A stretch of 64,000 nucleotides of DNA from Mobula hypostoma (taxonomy: Eukaryota), in the NCBI RefSeq assembly GCF_963921235.1, contig NC_086097.1, forward strand, positions 132,062,001 through 132,126,000, read 5' to 3'. The translations under genes were made by a program, and so were the position numbers. Below, one piece after another: positions 49,065 through 63,194 of this stretch (its first letter is position 1; each line of letters opens with the position of its first letter). The notes beneath the pieces are model-generated. The model saw nothing but the letters and a program-made list of their open reading frames with translations. It was not told where the DNA came from and ran no database searches.

Positions 49065-52000
49065 CCATAAAACCATAAGACCATAAGCGATAGGAGCAGA
49101 AGTAGACAATTCAACACATTGAGTCTGCTCCACCAATTAATCAAGGCTGATCCATTTTCCCCCTCAACCCCACTCTCCTGCCTTCTCCCTGTAACTTTTC
49201 ATGCCCTGACTAATCAAAAACCTACCAACCTCGCCTGAATTACACCCAATGTCATGACATCAGCAACCACCTGTGGCAACAAATTTCACAGATTCACCAC
49301 CCGCTGGCTAAAATATTTCTTCCTCGTGTCTGTTCTAAAGGGACAAGCCTCTATTCTGAGGCTATGCCTTCTTTTCCTAGACTCCCCCACTACAGGAAGC
49401 ATCCTTTCCACATCCACTCAATCTAAGCCTTTCAACATTCGGTATGTTTCAATGAGAAACCCACCTCCACCATTCTTCAGCGAGAACAGACCCGGAGCCA
49501 TCAAATGTTCCTGGAATCATTCTTGTGAACTTCTTCTGAACCATCTTCAATGTCAGCCTTTCTTAGATAAGGGGCAAAAATCTACTTGCAATACTCCAAG
49601 TGAGGCCTCAGCAGTGCTTTGTAAAACCTTGGCATTACATTCTTGCTTTTATATTCTAGTTCTCACAAAATGAATGCTAACATTGCATTTGCCTTCCTCA
49701 CCACTGACTCAACCTGCAAGTTAACCTTTGATGAATCCTGCAAGAGAATTCCCAAGTCCCCTTGCATCTTGAATTTTTGAATTTTCTGCTGATTTAGAAT
49801 ATAGGCTGCGCTTTTGTTCCTTCTACCAAAGTGCAGGACCTTACACTTCCTGACATTGTATTCCATTTGTCACTTCTTTGCCCATTCTCCTAATCTGTCC
49901 AAGTCCTCTGCAGACTTCCTCAACACCAGTTCATCGTTATTTCCTTGTCCCCCATTACTACCACTCCAGCATCATTTTCCAGCAGTCCGATACCTACTTT
50001 CTCCTCTCTTTTACTCCTTATATATCTGAAAAAAACTTTTGGTATCCTCTTTGATATTATTAGTGAGCCTACCTTCAAATTTTATCCTTTCCCTCCTTAT
50101 GGCTTTCTAGTTACCTTTCATTGGGTTTTAAAAGCCTCTCAAGCCTCTACCTCCCTACTAATTTTTGCTATAATATATGCCCTTTCTTTTGCTTTTATGT
50201 TGTTTTTGACTTCCCTTCTCATCCATGGTTGCATTATCCTACCTTTAGGATACTTCTTCTTTGAGACTTCCCTATCATGCACCTTCTAAATCTCTCCCAG
50301 AAACGTCACACCCCTGCTTGTATCCCATTCCACGCAACTTTGGCCAGCTCTTCTTTCATGTCTCTGTAAACCCCTTTTCTCCACTGTAATACTGACAAAT
50401 CTGACTTTAGCTTCTTCCTTTCAATTTGCAGGGCGATGTCTATCATATTATAATCACCATCTCCTAAGGATTCCTTTACCTTAAGCTCCTTAATCAAAAC
50501 CAGTTCCTTACAGATTGCCCAATCCAAATAGCCTTTCCTGTACTGGGCTTTCTTCAAATTCCCTCTCTTGGAATCCAGCGCCAATCTGATTTTCCCAATC
50601 TACCTGCATATTGAAATTGCCCAGGACTATCATAACATTGCACTTTTGACATGTGTTTTCTTTCTCCCCTTGTAATTTCTATCCCACATCCTGTCTTTTC
50701 ACCTTGCAGTTTCTTAACTATACCCAAAATGATTCGACATTTTCTGATCCTATGTCGCCTCTTTCTAAGGATTTGATATCATTTTTTACCAACAGGCCAC
50801 TCTACCTTCTCTACCCACCTGCCTATCCTTTCAATATAAATGTGTATCCTTGAATGGTAAGCTCCCAACTATGATCTTTAAACCACAACTCAGTGATGTC
50901 CACAATGTCAACCCTACAATCTCTAGCTGTGCTACAAGTTCATCCACCTTATTTTGCATACTGTGTTCATTCAAATATAACACCTTCAGTCCTGCATTCA
51001 TCACCTTTTTTGATCTGTCCCCATGTTACACTGAAATTCATCCCACTGACTGCAATTTTGCCCTGTCAGCTGCCTATCCTTCTGGACAGTCTCAATCCAC
51101 ACTGCATCTAGTTTTATACCAATTGCTCCATCACTCAGGTACACATGCTCCTGCCAAATTAGTTTATACCCTCCCCAACAGTTCTAGCAAACCTGCTTGC
51201 GAGGATATTGGTCCCCATCGAGCTTAGGTGTAATTGTTCCCTTTATACAGGTTATACCTTCTGGAGAACCAATCCAATGACCCAGAAATCTGGATCCCTG
51301 CCCCCTGCACCAGTTCCTCAGCCATGCATTAATCTGCTAAATTATCCTATTCTTACCCTCACTGGCACATGACACAGGAAGCAATCCAGACATTACTACC
51401 CTGGAGGTCCTGCTTTTCAGCTTTCTACTCTACTCCCCAAATTCTCTCGTCAGGACCTCCTCACTTTTCGTACCTATGTCATTGGTGCCAGTATGTACCA
51501 AGAGTTCTGGCTGGTCACCAATGCTTTTTAGAATGCTGTGGCATGATCCAAGACATCCCTGATCCTGGCACTTGGGAGCAACATTTCTCATTCACGGCCA
51601 CAGAATTTCATATCTATTCTTCTAACTATGGAATCCCTTATCACTACTGCAGTTTTCATTTCTCCCTTCCCTTCTGAGCCACAACATCATACTCAGTGCT
51701 AGAGACCCGGTTGCTGTGGCTCCCCCAGTAGATCATCCCCCTCAACCATATCCAAAGCGGTAATCTTACTATTCAAAGGAATGGCCACAGAGTACTCTAC
51801 ACTGGCTGCCCATTTCTTTTCTCTCTCCTAACAGTCACCCAGGTACTTGCCTCCTGCACTTTAGGGATGAATCTCCCTGTAGCTCCTATTTATCACCTTC
51901 TCAGTTTCCCTTATGAACCAAAGGCCATCAAGCTGCAGCTACTGTTCCTTAACACATTCTCTAAGAAGCAGTAGCTTAGTGCACCTGGTGTAGACATTGT

Positions 52001-52270
52001 TATCCAGGAGGCTGGAGGTCTTCCAGAATTACTACATCTCACACAAATAAGCCAGCACAGCCCCTGGAGCCATTCTCACTTACACTAATTCATGAAGTAT
52101 GAAGTAAAATAAAATTATCTCGCCCAAGCCAGCTGAGCCAAATCCTTCCCGCTCTAGCATCGGTCCAACTCTAACAATAGCCACTCTGCTTGTCCCTACC
52201 TTAATTTTATTTGCCCTAGCTAACAAATCACAATTCAGTCCGGCCACCAGAAAAAACTGAAAGCCCACAA
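49065..52270 (-). mobile_element. CR1-type LINE retaining both ends, heavily deleted (ORF1 and ORF2 remnants)
   Basis: accataag tail at 49070; ORF2 pieces; ORF1 region 51150-52080 similar to 4760-5140. Confidence 0.85.
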
Positions 52271-54226
52271 ATGTTCCTTTTTAAATCTGTCACTCCAACC
52301 AATTCAATTGGGGTGCTGTAACGTATCACATATCCTGTGTGGTAACATATCAAATGACCTGTTCTGTGCCCAAAACATAGATATAATCACAGGGAAGGCA
52401 TGGCCAGCACCATAGGATGTTAGGGAGTTTCAGCATGTCATTAAATACCCGAACAGACTTCGGCAGCTACACGGTTGATATGTTCCTGATTAGTAAGGGT
52501 GTGAAATGTTACTGGGAGAAGGCAGGAGAATGGGGCTGGAGAGGGAAAATAAATCAGCCATGACCATATGGTGAAGCAAATTCAATGCAGTGAATAGCCT
52601 AATTCTGCTCCTATCTCTTACGGTTTTATGGTCAATGAGAATCTAAAACTGGAGCATCGATTTAAAGTTAAAAGTTTGAAGATTAACTTTATTTAATACA
52701 AGTACATTGAAACATCACAGCATTGAGCGAAATGCATCGTTTGCATCAAATCAAACCAGAGATGATTGTGCTGGACAGCCCACAAGTGAAACCATGCTTC
52801 CAGCACCAACATAGCATGCCCACAACTCACTAACCCTAACCTTCATGCTTCTGGAATATGAGAGGAAACTGAAGCACCCGGAAGAAGCCCACATCACCCG
52901 GAGAAGTGCATAAACTCCTTACGTGCAGCAGCAGGAACTGAACCCCAATCTGTGATTGTTGATGCGCTAATTACCATAACACTGTACCGCTACCTTGAGA
53001 GATGAAAGATTTAAATGGGGCCTGTGTGGCAAATGTATTCACATAGAGGATGATCTGTACATGAAATGACCTGCCAGAGCAAGTGGAGGAGGCAGAAAAC
53101 GTAACAGCGTTTGAAAGTGATTCAGATCCGTACACAGGTAGAAGTATTTTGCAGGGATACGGACCAAAGGCAGGGAAATTGGACTTTCTTGGTGAGCACC
53201 ATGTTCAGCATGGACAAGTTGTCTGTTTCCATCCTGTATCACTCTAGGACTCTGTAACTGTTCCATGTTGGTATGAAGTATTTTAACTTTGATCATGTAA
53301 AAATCATGCAGAATTCATGTTACAGAGTTTTTAGTGACAGCTAGGATTATTCCAAATATCAATAATTTTTGTTCATCTCAAAAATGATGGGATGGTACTC
53401 TGTGGCAAAAAAAAATCAACCATCATTCTACACTGCATCATCAAAGGTGATGTTAGAGCCAGGGTTCAGAAACTTGGACAAGAAATAGTGTCTGAATGGA
53501 ATAAGGAAGATATGGAGGCAAGGCTATTTAAGGAGCTTGGAATTCCAACAATTGAAGATATAGCATGCAGTGGATTACATTGAAAATATTGGAGAGGTTG
53601 GAAGTAAATAAGAGTCGCGAATAAGTGATGTCATAGGAACCTGAGGAGATTACAGAGGTAGCGAAGAGGTTAGGGGTCAGTGGACTTGATCCTTGGTTAG
53701 GCTGTACTTTGAGTATTATGTGCAGTCCTAGCTGTCCCAGAACAGGAAGGGATGTGGAAACTTGGGAGAGGGTTCAGAAGAGGTTTTTCAAGATGCTGCC
53801 TGGATTGGAGTGTACGATCAGTAAGGAGGGATTGTACAAATTTGGACTCTTTTCTCAGCAGGGCTGAGGAGACCTGATCGAAGTATGTAAAATTATGAGA
53901 AGCATAGGTAGGGTAGACAGCCAGATCTCTCTCTTAGAGGCAATGTGTTGAAAAATAGACAGCATATCTTTCAAGTGAGAAGGGGAAAGTTTAAAGCAGA
54001 TGTTCAAGGCAAAACTTTTATGCCCAGAGATATGGGTGTCTGTAAAGGACTGCCTGGTATAGCAGTGGAGGCAGATATAATCATGGCATTCAAGAGGCTT
54101 TTTGAAAGGCACGTGATTATGCAGAGAATGGAAGAATATAGATCAGACAAAGACAGAATGGATTATTTTAATTTGGCATCATACTTTGCATAGACAAGAA
54201 CTATTCCTGTTCTGTACTGATCTATA

Positions 54227-54780
54227 CTCAGTGGCCACTTTATTAGGTACAGGAGGTACTTAAAAAAAAGTCGATACTTAGTGTATGCTGCTGCTGTGGC
54301 CAATCTAGTTCAAGGTTCGATGTGTTGTGTGTTCAGAGATGCACTTCGGCACACCACTGTTGTAATGTGTGATTATTTCAGTTCCTGTCACCTTCCTGTC
54401 AACCTGGACCAGTCAGGCCATTCTCTTCTTACCTCTCTTACTAACAAGGCATATCTGCCCACAGAACTGTCACTAACTGGATGATTTTTGTTTATCGCAA
54501 CATTCTCTGTTAACTTTAGAAACAATTTAGTGTTATAAATCCCAGGAGATCAGCAGTTACTGAGAATCTGAAACCACCCTGTCTGACACCAACAATCATT
54601 CCATGATCAAAGTCACTTAGATCACATTTCTTCCCCGTTCTGACGTTTGGCCTGAACAACAACTGAACCTCTTGATCATGTCTGCATGCTTTTATGCATT
54701 GAGTTGCTGCCACATGATTGGTTAATTAGATATCTGTATAAAAGGTGTACAAGTGTCCCTAATAAAGTGGACACTGTGTG
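54227..54780 (-). mobile_element. Tc1-like non-autonomous element
   Basis: TIRs cagtggccactttattagg / cctaataaagtggacactg; TA at the left flank; KKCDLSDFDHGMIVGVRQGG resembles a Tc1 transposase N-terminus. Confidence 0.85.
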
Positions 54781-55297
54781 CATACTCTATCTTTAGAGAC
54801 TGAGCCAGCATAAAATAGTGTGAACATAAGAATAATGGGGAACAAGCCATAAAGTAAATGAGGATATCAGCAACAAAGTTCAACTCGGTTCCAAAGCTAA
54901 ATTATTGAACTCGTAGCTTTTTGAAACAAAGATTTTGTCACCACATTCTTTTCAATGTAAAAATAGAAGGCAGGAAATGTCATCGGGCTCTTCTGTTTAA
55001 TTCAACATGGTTACAGAGGCTGGAATTCATACAGATTTAAAAAAAATATATAATGGGAAAAGAATGAGAAAAAATGTAAATATAAAATGTCGTACATGCA
55101 CATAGTTTGAAGAACTTGTTTAAATTTCCTCATGTAGAAACCCTCACTAGAATTTTAATTAAACCTTTTAGGTTGTAACAGGATCTTACAAGTTCTGAGA
55201 AACTGAACTTTACACTCCTAAGATGTGCGAATGTTTTCCATCCTTGCATCCATGATGCATTGATAATGTTGTATCTGCTCTTTATCTGATCTTATCA

Positions 55298-55482
55298 CAA
55301 ACAAGAGAAAATCTGCAGATGCTGGAAATCCAAGCAACACACACACAATACCGGAGGAACTCTGCAGGCCGGGAGTCCCCTCCCCCCACCTTCTTACTCT
55401 GACTTCTCATCTTTCTTGCTCTAGTCCTGATGAAGAAACATCGACTGTACTCTTTTTCCATAGATGCTGCCTGGCCTGCTGT
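55298..55482. mobile_element. Rearranged/inverted Penelope tail (family 2)
   Basis: tctgcagatgctgga arm plus agtcctgatgaagaaacatcgactg arm. Confidence 0.75.
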
Positions 55483-55745
55483 TCATAATATGATTAAATA
55501 TTTTACCAACTAATCCCATAACCGAAAGCTATTAACATGGTGATCAGAATAAACAATTGCCTCTGCAAATAAATTGTATCATTGGTTCAGACTAAATGAA
55601 AAATGTCATTAGACATGATCATATTCATATTGTAAGCTGAAAAAAATACTATGTCCAATCATTACCTATCATCTGACGTCCAAATACTGACTACATCAAG
55701 AACTTAGTAAATTGATTTGGAGATACTGCAATTGTGTTAGGTGCT

Positions 55746-57700
55746 ACTTTGGTGCAAGCTAGTAGGAATATAGAGGATTGGGAAGCTTTTAGAAACTTGC
55801 AGAAGGAAACTAAGAAGGTCATTAGGAAGGAAAAGATGAAGTATGAAAGGAAGCTAGTGACTAATATCAAAGAAGATACTAAAAGTTTTTTTAAGCATAT
55901 GAAGGGTAAAAGAGGGATGGGGGTAGATATAGGACCAATAGAAAATGACGCTGGAGATATTGTAATGAGAGACACAGAGATGGCAGAGGAACTGAATGCA
56001 TATTTTGCATCGTCCTTCACAGTGGAAGACATCTGCAGTATACCGGACATTTAAGAGCGCCAGGGAAGTGAAAATTAGTGAATTAGTGAAAATTAGTGAA
56101 AATTACCACAGCGTAGGTGCTCAGGGCGCTTAATGGTCTGAGGGTGGATAAATCTCCTGGACCTGATGGAATGCACCCTTGGGTTCTGAAGGAAATAGTT
56201 GGAGAGATTACAAAGGAATTAACAATGATCTTTGAAGAATCGATAGATTCTGGCAGTGTACTGGATGACTGGAAAATTGCAAATGTTACTCTGTTATTTA
56301 TGAAGGGTGAGAGGCAGCAGAAAGGAAACCATAGACCTGTTAGCCTGACATCAGTGGTTGGGAAGTTGTTGGAATCGATTGTTAGGGATGAGAATATGGA
56401 GTACCTGGAGGCACATGACAAGATAGGCCAAAGCCAGCATGGTTTACTGAAAGGAAAATCCTGCCTGACAAATCTACTGCAATTTCTTGAAGAAATTATA
56501 AGCAAGGTAGATAAAGGAGATGCAGTAGATGTGGTGTACTTGGATTTTCAGAGGACCTTTGACAAGGTGCCGCACATGAGGTTGCTTAGCAAGATAAGAG
56601 CCCATGGAATTACAGGGAAGTTACTAGCTTGGGTGAGCATTGGCTGATCAGCAGAAAACAGAGTGGGAATAAAGGGATCCTATTCTGGCTAGCTGCCAGT
56701 TACTAGTGGAGTTCCACAGGGGTCGGTGTTGGGATCGCTGCTTTTTACAATGTATGTTAATGACTTGGACTATGGGATTAATGGATTTGCGGCTAAATTT
56801 GCTGATAATGCAAAGATAAGCAGAGGAGTGACTAGTGTTGAGGAAGCAGAGAGCCTGCAGAGAGACTTTGATAGTTTAGGGACATGGCAAATGAAATACA
56901 ATTTTGGAAAGTGTATGGTCATGCACTTTGATAGAAGAAATAAACGGGCAGACTATTATTTAGATAGGAAGAGAATTCAAAATGCAGAGATGCAAAGGGA
57001 CTTGGGAGTCCTTGTGCAGGATACCCTAAAGGATAACCTCCAGGTTGAGTCGGTGGTGAAGAATGTGAATGCTATGTCGGCATTCATTTCTAGAGGTATA
57101 GAATATAAGAGCAGAGATGTGATGTTGAGGCTCTATAAGGCTTCTGAGACCACTCTTGGAGTATTGTGCGCAGTTTTGGGCTCCATATTTCAGAAAGGAT
57201 ATACTAACATTGGAAAGGTTCAGAGATGATTCACGAGAATGATTCCAGGAATGAAAGGGTTACCTTATGAGGAACGTTTGGCAGGTCTTGGACTGTATTC
57301 TCTGGAGTTCAGGAGAATGAGGGGGGATCTCATAGAAACATTCTGAATGTTACAAGGCCTGAAAAGATTAGACATGGCAAAGTTATTTCCCATGGTAGGA
57401 GAGTCTAGGACAAGAGGGCACAACTTCAGGATTGAAGGACGTCCATTTAGAACAGAGATGTGGAGAAATTACCTTGGTCAGAGGATGGCAAATCTGTGGA
57501 ATTTGTCGCCACAAGCAGCTGTGGAGGCCAAGTTATTCGGTGTATTTAAGGCAGAGATAGATAGCTTCTTGATTAGCCAGGGCATCAAAGGGAGCGGAGA
57601 TGACTGGAAGAATTGGATCAGCCCATGATTGAATGGCAGAGCAGACTCAATGGGCCGAATGGCCTACTTCTGCTCCTAATTCTTACGGTCTTATGGTCTA
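55746..57700 (+). mobile_element. CR1-type LINE, 5'-truncated, frameshifted RT
   Basis: KSPGPDGMHP, HRPVSLTSVVGK, YLDFQRTFDKVPH, KFADNAK; closely similar to 36745-38700. Confidence 0.95.
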
Positions 57701-58489
57701 AGCCTTTTCTATGAGTGTATCAATATAATTCACACTCAGAGAATGCTTTAACTGGATTTTTAACACAGTCAGACTTTCTACACTTTTACTGATAGCAAGT
57801 GTCAAAGGTCCTTCAGGAGGGATTTGGAAAGAATGTTTGCATTGCAAACTACATTGTTAGTTGTCAGCTGCTATTAGACAATATATTGCCCAGATGTTTT
57901 CAGGCAATATTTAAATGCAAAGAAGCTACATTTATTATTAAGGATATTATTCATACTTGGTATTATGCAAGAAGCAATAATTTGTTCTTAGATCCTACCT
58001 TGAACAAAATAAATTAGTTCAAGGTGTTCTGTGTAAGCCTCTTCAGTTAGAATTTAACACTGTGCCACATGATTTAGATAAGAGAACAGAAGATTTTTGT
58101 GATAGCAAGCTTTAAGGAGAGAGGGAGGTGGAGTGACAGAAATGCTTAGTGAAAGATAACAATACTTTATTCTCTTTATGATAATTAACTATTTCAAGAG
58201 ACGATTTATGAGAAATGATTGGTCAAATATAATAGACATGGTGTGATAGCTTTTGAACCATTGTTGTTAGCAGAATTTCAGGTGGCGAAGAGGATATGGA
58301 AGTGAGATAGATGGCTGGTTCACAAACATGAAAAGTCCTGAAGAAGGGTTTGGCCCAAAATGTCAATTGTTTACTCTTTTCCATAGATGCTGCCTGGCCT
58401 GCTCAGTTCCTCTAGCATTTTCTGTGTGTTGCTTTAGATTGGCTAGTTGTGTGGTGTTACTACTAGAATCTCACACTCAACCTCAGCAA

Positions 58490-59165
58490 GACCATTACAG
58501 ACTCCAGGAGAAGGAACTTGGGAGAACATACACTAGTCCTCATAGAGAGGTCAGTGGTGGAAAGGGTGAGCAGCTTCAGGTTCCTCAGTGTCAATATCTC
58601 AGTGGTTCTATCTTGGGCTCAGCACATGGATGCAATTATAAAGTAAATACGCTGGTGGCTATACCTCATGAGGAGATTTGGTACGTCACAAATACTCTGG
58701 CGAACGTCTACAGATGTACCAAGAGTACATTCTGACTGGCTGCATCACCAACTGATATGGAGGCTCCAATGTGCAGGATCAAACGTAAGGTTGCAGAAGG
58801 TTGTAGACGTAGCCAGCTCTGTCACAGCACATCACCATCATGAGGACATCTTCAAGAGGCAGAGACTCAACGAGGTGTCGTACACCTCTAAGGACCTTCA
58901 CCATCCAGAACATGGCACCCTCTCATTACTAATATTAGGGAGGAGGGACACACAACATTCAGCACACTCAACATTTTAAGAACAGCTTCTTCCCCTCCAC
59001 CAGCAGATTTCTGATGGTCCATGAACCTATGAACACTACCTCACTATTCCTCTTTTCCATTCTTTTTTACTTAATTATTTATTGCAACTTATAGTAATTT
59101 TTATGTCTTGCTAGAAAACAACACATTTTACAACATATGATTATAACCCTGCTTCTGATTCAAAT
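58490..59165 (+). mobile_element. Rex1/Babar 3' fragment, degraded
   Basis: KDLHHPEHGTLSLLILGRR plus 3' UTR. Confidence 0.7.
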
Positions 59166-59345
59166 TGTAAGCCTTTCATAGAAGTGCAATTTGATTCTGG
59201 CATTGGGTTCAGGCATCACTGGTTTACTGGCATTCATTATCCATCCTTATTTGCTCCTGATTTCAGTGGGCTTCTAAGTATCCGAGGGGCAATCACATTT
59301 CTGTGAGTTTGGTATGATGCATGGTCCCCCAAAGGATGTTAAGTT

Positions 59346-60212
59346 CAGAATCAGAATCAGAATCAGGTTTATTATCACCGGCATGTGATGTGAAATTTGT
59401 TAACTTAGCAGCAGTAGTTCAATGCATAATCTAGCAGAGAAAAAAATAATAAATAAAATAAAACATAATAATAATAAATAAACAAGTAAATCAATTACAT
59501 ATATTAAATAGATTTTTAAAAAGTGCAAAAACAGAAATACTGTATATTAAAAAAAAGTGAGATAGTGTCCAAAGCTTCAATGTTCATTTAGGAATCAGAT
59601 GTCAGAGGGGAAAAAGCTGTTCCAGAATTGCTGAGTGTGTACCTTCAGGCTTCTGTACCTCCTACCTGAGGGTAACAGTGAGAAAAGGGCATGCCCTGGG
59701 TGCTGGAGGCCCTTGATAATGGATGCTGGCTTTCTGAGACACCGCTCCCTAAAGATGTCCTGCATACTTTGTAGGCTAGTACCCAAGATGGAGCTGACTA
59801 GATTTACAACCTTCTGCAGCCTCTTTTGGTCCTGTGCAGTGTCCCCTCCATACCAGACAGTGATGCAGCCTGTCAGAATGCTCTCCACGGTACAACTATA
59901 GAAGTTTTTGAGTGTATTTGTTGACATGCCAAATCTCTTCAAACACCTAATAAGGTATAGCTGCTGTCTTGCCTTCTTTATAACTACATCAATATGTTGG
60001 GACCAGGTTAGATCCTCAGAGATCTTGACACCCAGGAACTTGATGCTGCTCACTCTCTCCACTGCTGATCCCTCTGTGATCCCTCTCTGATCCCTTCATC
60101 TTACCCTTCATGAACTCCACAATCAGCTCTTTTGTCTTACTGACATTGAGTGCCAGGTTGTTGCTGCGGCACCGTTCCACTAGTTGGCATATCTCACTCC
60201 CGTACGCCCTCT
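59346..60212 (-). mobile_element. Rex1/Babar 3' fragment
   Basis: ERVSSIKFLGVKISEDLTWSQH..FYSCTVESILTGCITVWYG; (aatcag)n tail. Confidence 0.92.
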
Positions 60213-62085
60213 GTACATACTTTGTAAACTATGTCCAATAATTTCCTGACCATCACTACTAACTCAAGATTTTGTGTCTAGGTTTATTTAGTGGTGAGAT
60301 TTGAGCTTTGTTCAACGCGATCATCATTCCAGGCTCCCAAATTATTCGGACTATAAAACAGCCAACATGTTTGCCACATGAATGCTTCAATTAAAACAAC
60401 AAGAAAACATGTTTCAACAAATAGCCAGACAAGACAAGCAACAGAGTGGTTTGGCATCTAACCAGAAGGTCAGAATCTCAATTTAAGGGCAGACTGCCAC
60501 TCAGACAACTCATTCAGAAATCTTTCAATTGTTTCAGTAGGTGTGTTCATGATATGTTTAGCATATTCAGCTTCTGCAAGTGCTTGAAACATGACTGCTA
60601 GTTTTACCATAGAATGCATTAGTGAAACCCATGACAATTGCAGGCAAATAGAAAAGCGAGATATAAAAATTTGAATGCAAATAGCAAGAACAGGCTGGAT
60701 CAAGACTTCAGTGTCATAGCATATATTTGACAAATTCTAACATTATGATCTTTATGGGTTTCCATTTCCTAGAACACAGACAGTACAGCATAGGAAAAGG
60801 ACTTTTGGCCCACATTGTCAGTATCAAACACAATGACAAATTGAACTAAATTTCTATCCCATAAATGTGTTCCTTTTGAACTTCTGAAATGCAATTCAGT
60901 GCTGATTGAAGTAAATTTCATGGATGTTATTGGACATGTTAGAGGTGATGGTAGAAGAGTAGTCAGATGAATTGAGACCTTGAAACTCCAACCAACAGAG
61001 TCAACCCAGCAATAAATAGAGGAAATGCTGGTTACGTTCTGAAAGTCGGGTGGCATCCACGGAGAGAGAAACAGACTCAGGTTCATCAGGACTTAATGAC
61101 CCCAACAACATTTTCTCTCAGGGGATGTGGGATGATTTGAAGCTATTATCTGCTTTTCATTATTCTCCTCAAGGTCTTGTTATTTCATTGATGAGCTAAA
61201 TTCAAATAGCGCAGAATTAGGTCCTGACACCTGTGCTTCATGAAACAGTGAGCTCAATCCTCATTCTGGATATTTCAGCAAAAATATCTGGACTAATACT
61301 TCAGTGCGCTATTAAAGGAGTGTAAACAGGTGGTTTATGGTCAGTGCACATTCTGTGGGCTGAATGGTTGTTTTCTGTGCTATGATTATATGACTGAGAA
61401 AGTCTTACAGGTGTGGAGGAAATTGGGATGTGGAATCACAGGTAGATGAACCATTAAAAATTGCAGAGCATCTTAGGAGGGAGCAATTAAAAATAAAGAA
61501 GTGTAGAAACATTCAACAGATGAGGCTGTGCTTGCAAGAAGAGAAACAGAGCTACTGTTACAGGTTGATTAAATTTCATAAGAATTGGTTCATTGATCTG
61601 AAAGGTTATTTCTACCACCCTTTCCACAGACTAGCTGATCGTTTCCAGTGTTTTCCGTTTTTATTTCATATTTTCAGCATCTCCTTTATTTTTCTCTTTT
61701 TTGTGCAAGTTGAGACAGTGATTAGTAAAGCAGATGGAGTCCTGGGTTTGATAAACAGAGGTGCAGCGTACAAAAGCAAGGAAGACTAGATCTAAACAGT
61801 GTAGAAGAAAGAACTGAAGCATTGCCCCCAGTTTAGGCATCTCTCCTAAGGAAGGATGTGAACGTCCAAACGAAGTTATAGAAAGTGCTCATTAAGGAGT
61901 TATAAGGTTTGAGTGGAGAAGCTGGACTTGTTCTTCCAGAGAGGAGATATGATAGTGGCATAAAAAATGTTAAAAGACATAGTTGGCTCTAGGTTTTGTT
62001 TCTGTTATGTACTTCCTATGACCATGTCACTCTAAGATCATGGCTGATCATACAGGTAGAACAAAAGGAAACTATTCCATTAGTG

Positions 62086-63063
62086 CAGGGGCCCCCAACC
62101 TTTTTTGTACTGCGGACCGGTTTATTATTGACAATATTCTTGTGGACCAGCCAACCGGGGGGGGGGGGGGCAGGGGTAGGGTTGCCAACGGACAAGAGTA
62201 GCAGTCAAATACGGGACACTTGTGTTTACCCTGAGAAAGACTACCATGACCATGAAGCCTTGCACGGGCACCTGGCATGTACATGCGTGTACGTGCCCAT
62301 TTTTTTCTACGGATACTTTTTGGCGATTCTGTTCAGTGAAACTGCACTGTACATACATTATTTCTACTTTATATAGGCTGTGTATTTATCATATCATTCC
62401 TGCTTTTACTATATGTTAGTGTTACTTTAGGTTTTATGTAACACAACGCATGAATATAGTGATAAATCAATTATAAGTCACTTATAAGTCAATAACATCA
62501 TAACATTTTAAGTAACGTTTGGATATTAAACACACAGTGCATATGTTCCCCATATGATCATATAAAATCATTGCAGCACATCAATATCGCTCAATCAGTG
62601 GGAGCCCTGGGCTTGTTTCCCTGCAATGAGATGGTGCCATCGAGGGGTGATGGGAGACAGCGATATTCGAAAGGGGTTCCTTATGTCCCGTCTATTCCTC
62701 AATTTAGTTTTCATTGCGTTCATTGCAGAAAACCCCGCTTTGCAGAGATATGTTGGAAATGGAAGCAACGTTTTCGGTGCTTTCGTGGCTATCTCAGGAT
62801 ATTTAGCCTTGACTTTGATCCAGAATGCCGTCAAAGATGTTATGTCAAACATACTTTTCAGCCCACCGTCATTTGCAAGCTCGAGGAGTTGATCTCCTTC
62901 CCGCGCTGACATGGACGATGCGCGGGTAATGACCTCGCATGCGTAATAACCTTGCATGCATTCAAGTTCAACAGTGTGCATGACAGGGAATGAGGAAAGG
63001 TGCAGCTGACTCATATTGCCAAATCATATCGTTTCCTCACGGCCCGGTGGTTGGGGACCGCTG
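62086..63063 (-). mobile_element. hAT-Charlie DNA transposon deletion derivative
   Basis: TIRs caggggcccccaacc / ggttggggaccgctg; perfect 8-bp TSD cattagtg (62078-62085, 63064-63071); FWIKVKAKYPEIA..LPFPTYLCKAGFS..KTKLRNR..KQAQGSH. Confidence 0.93.
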
Positions 63064-63194
63064 CATTAGTGGATGACTCAGTGGCCTTCTCCTGTGATGT
63101 AAGAACTCTTTGGCACTATATTAATAAAATCAAGGACAAAGGATGAAGTGTAACACCATCCAAAGGAAGAAGTGAGGTCATTAATCTGTAGTTA

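Noticed and set aside
60470..60733. Protein-like ORF (…FQALAEAEYAKHIMNTPTETIERFLNELSEWQ…)
   Set aside because: No good splice acceptor, partner exon or recognisable motif.
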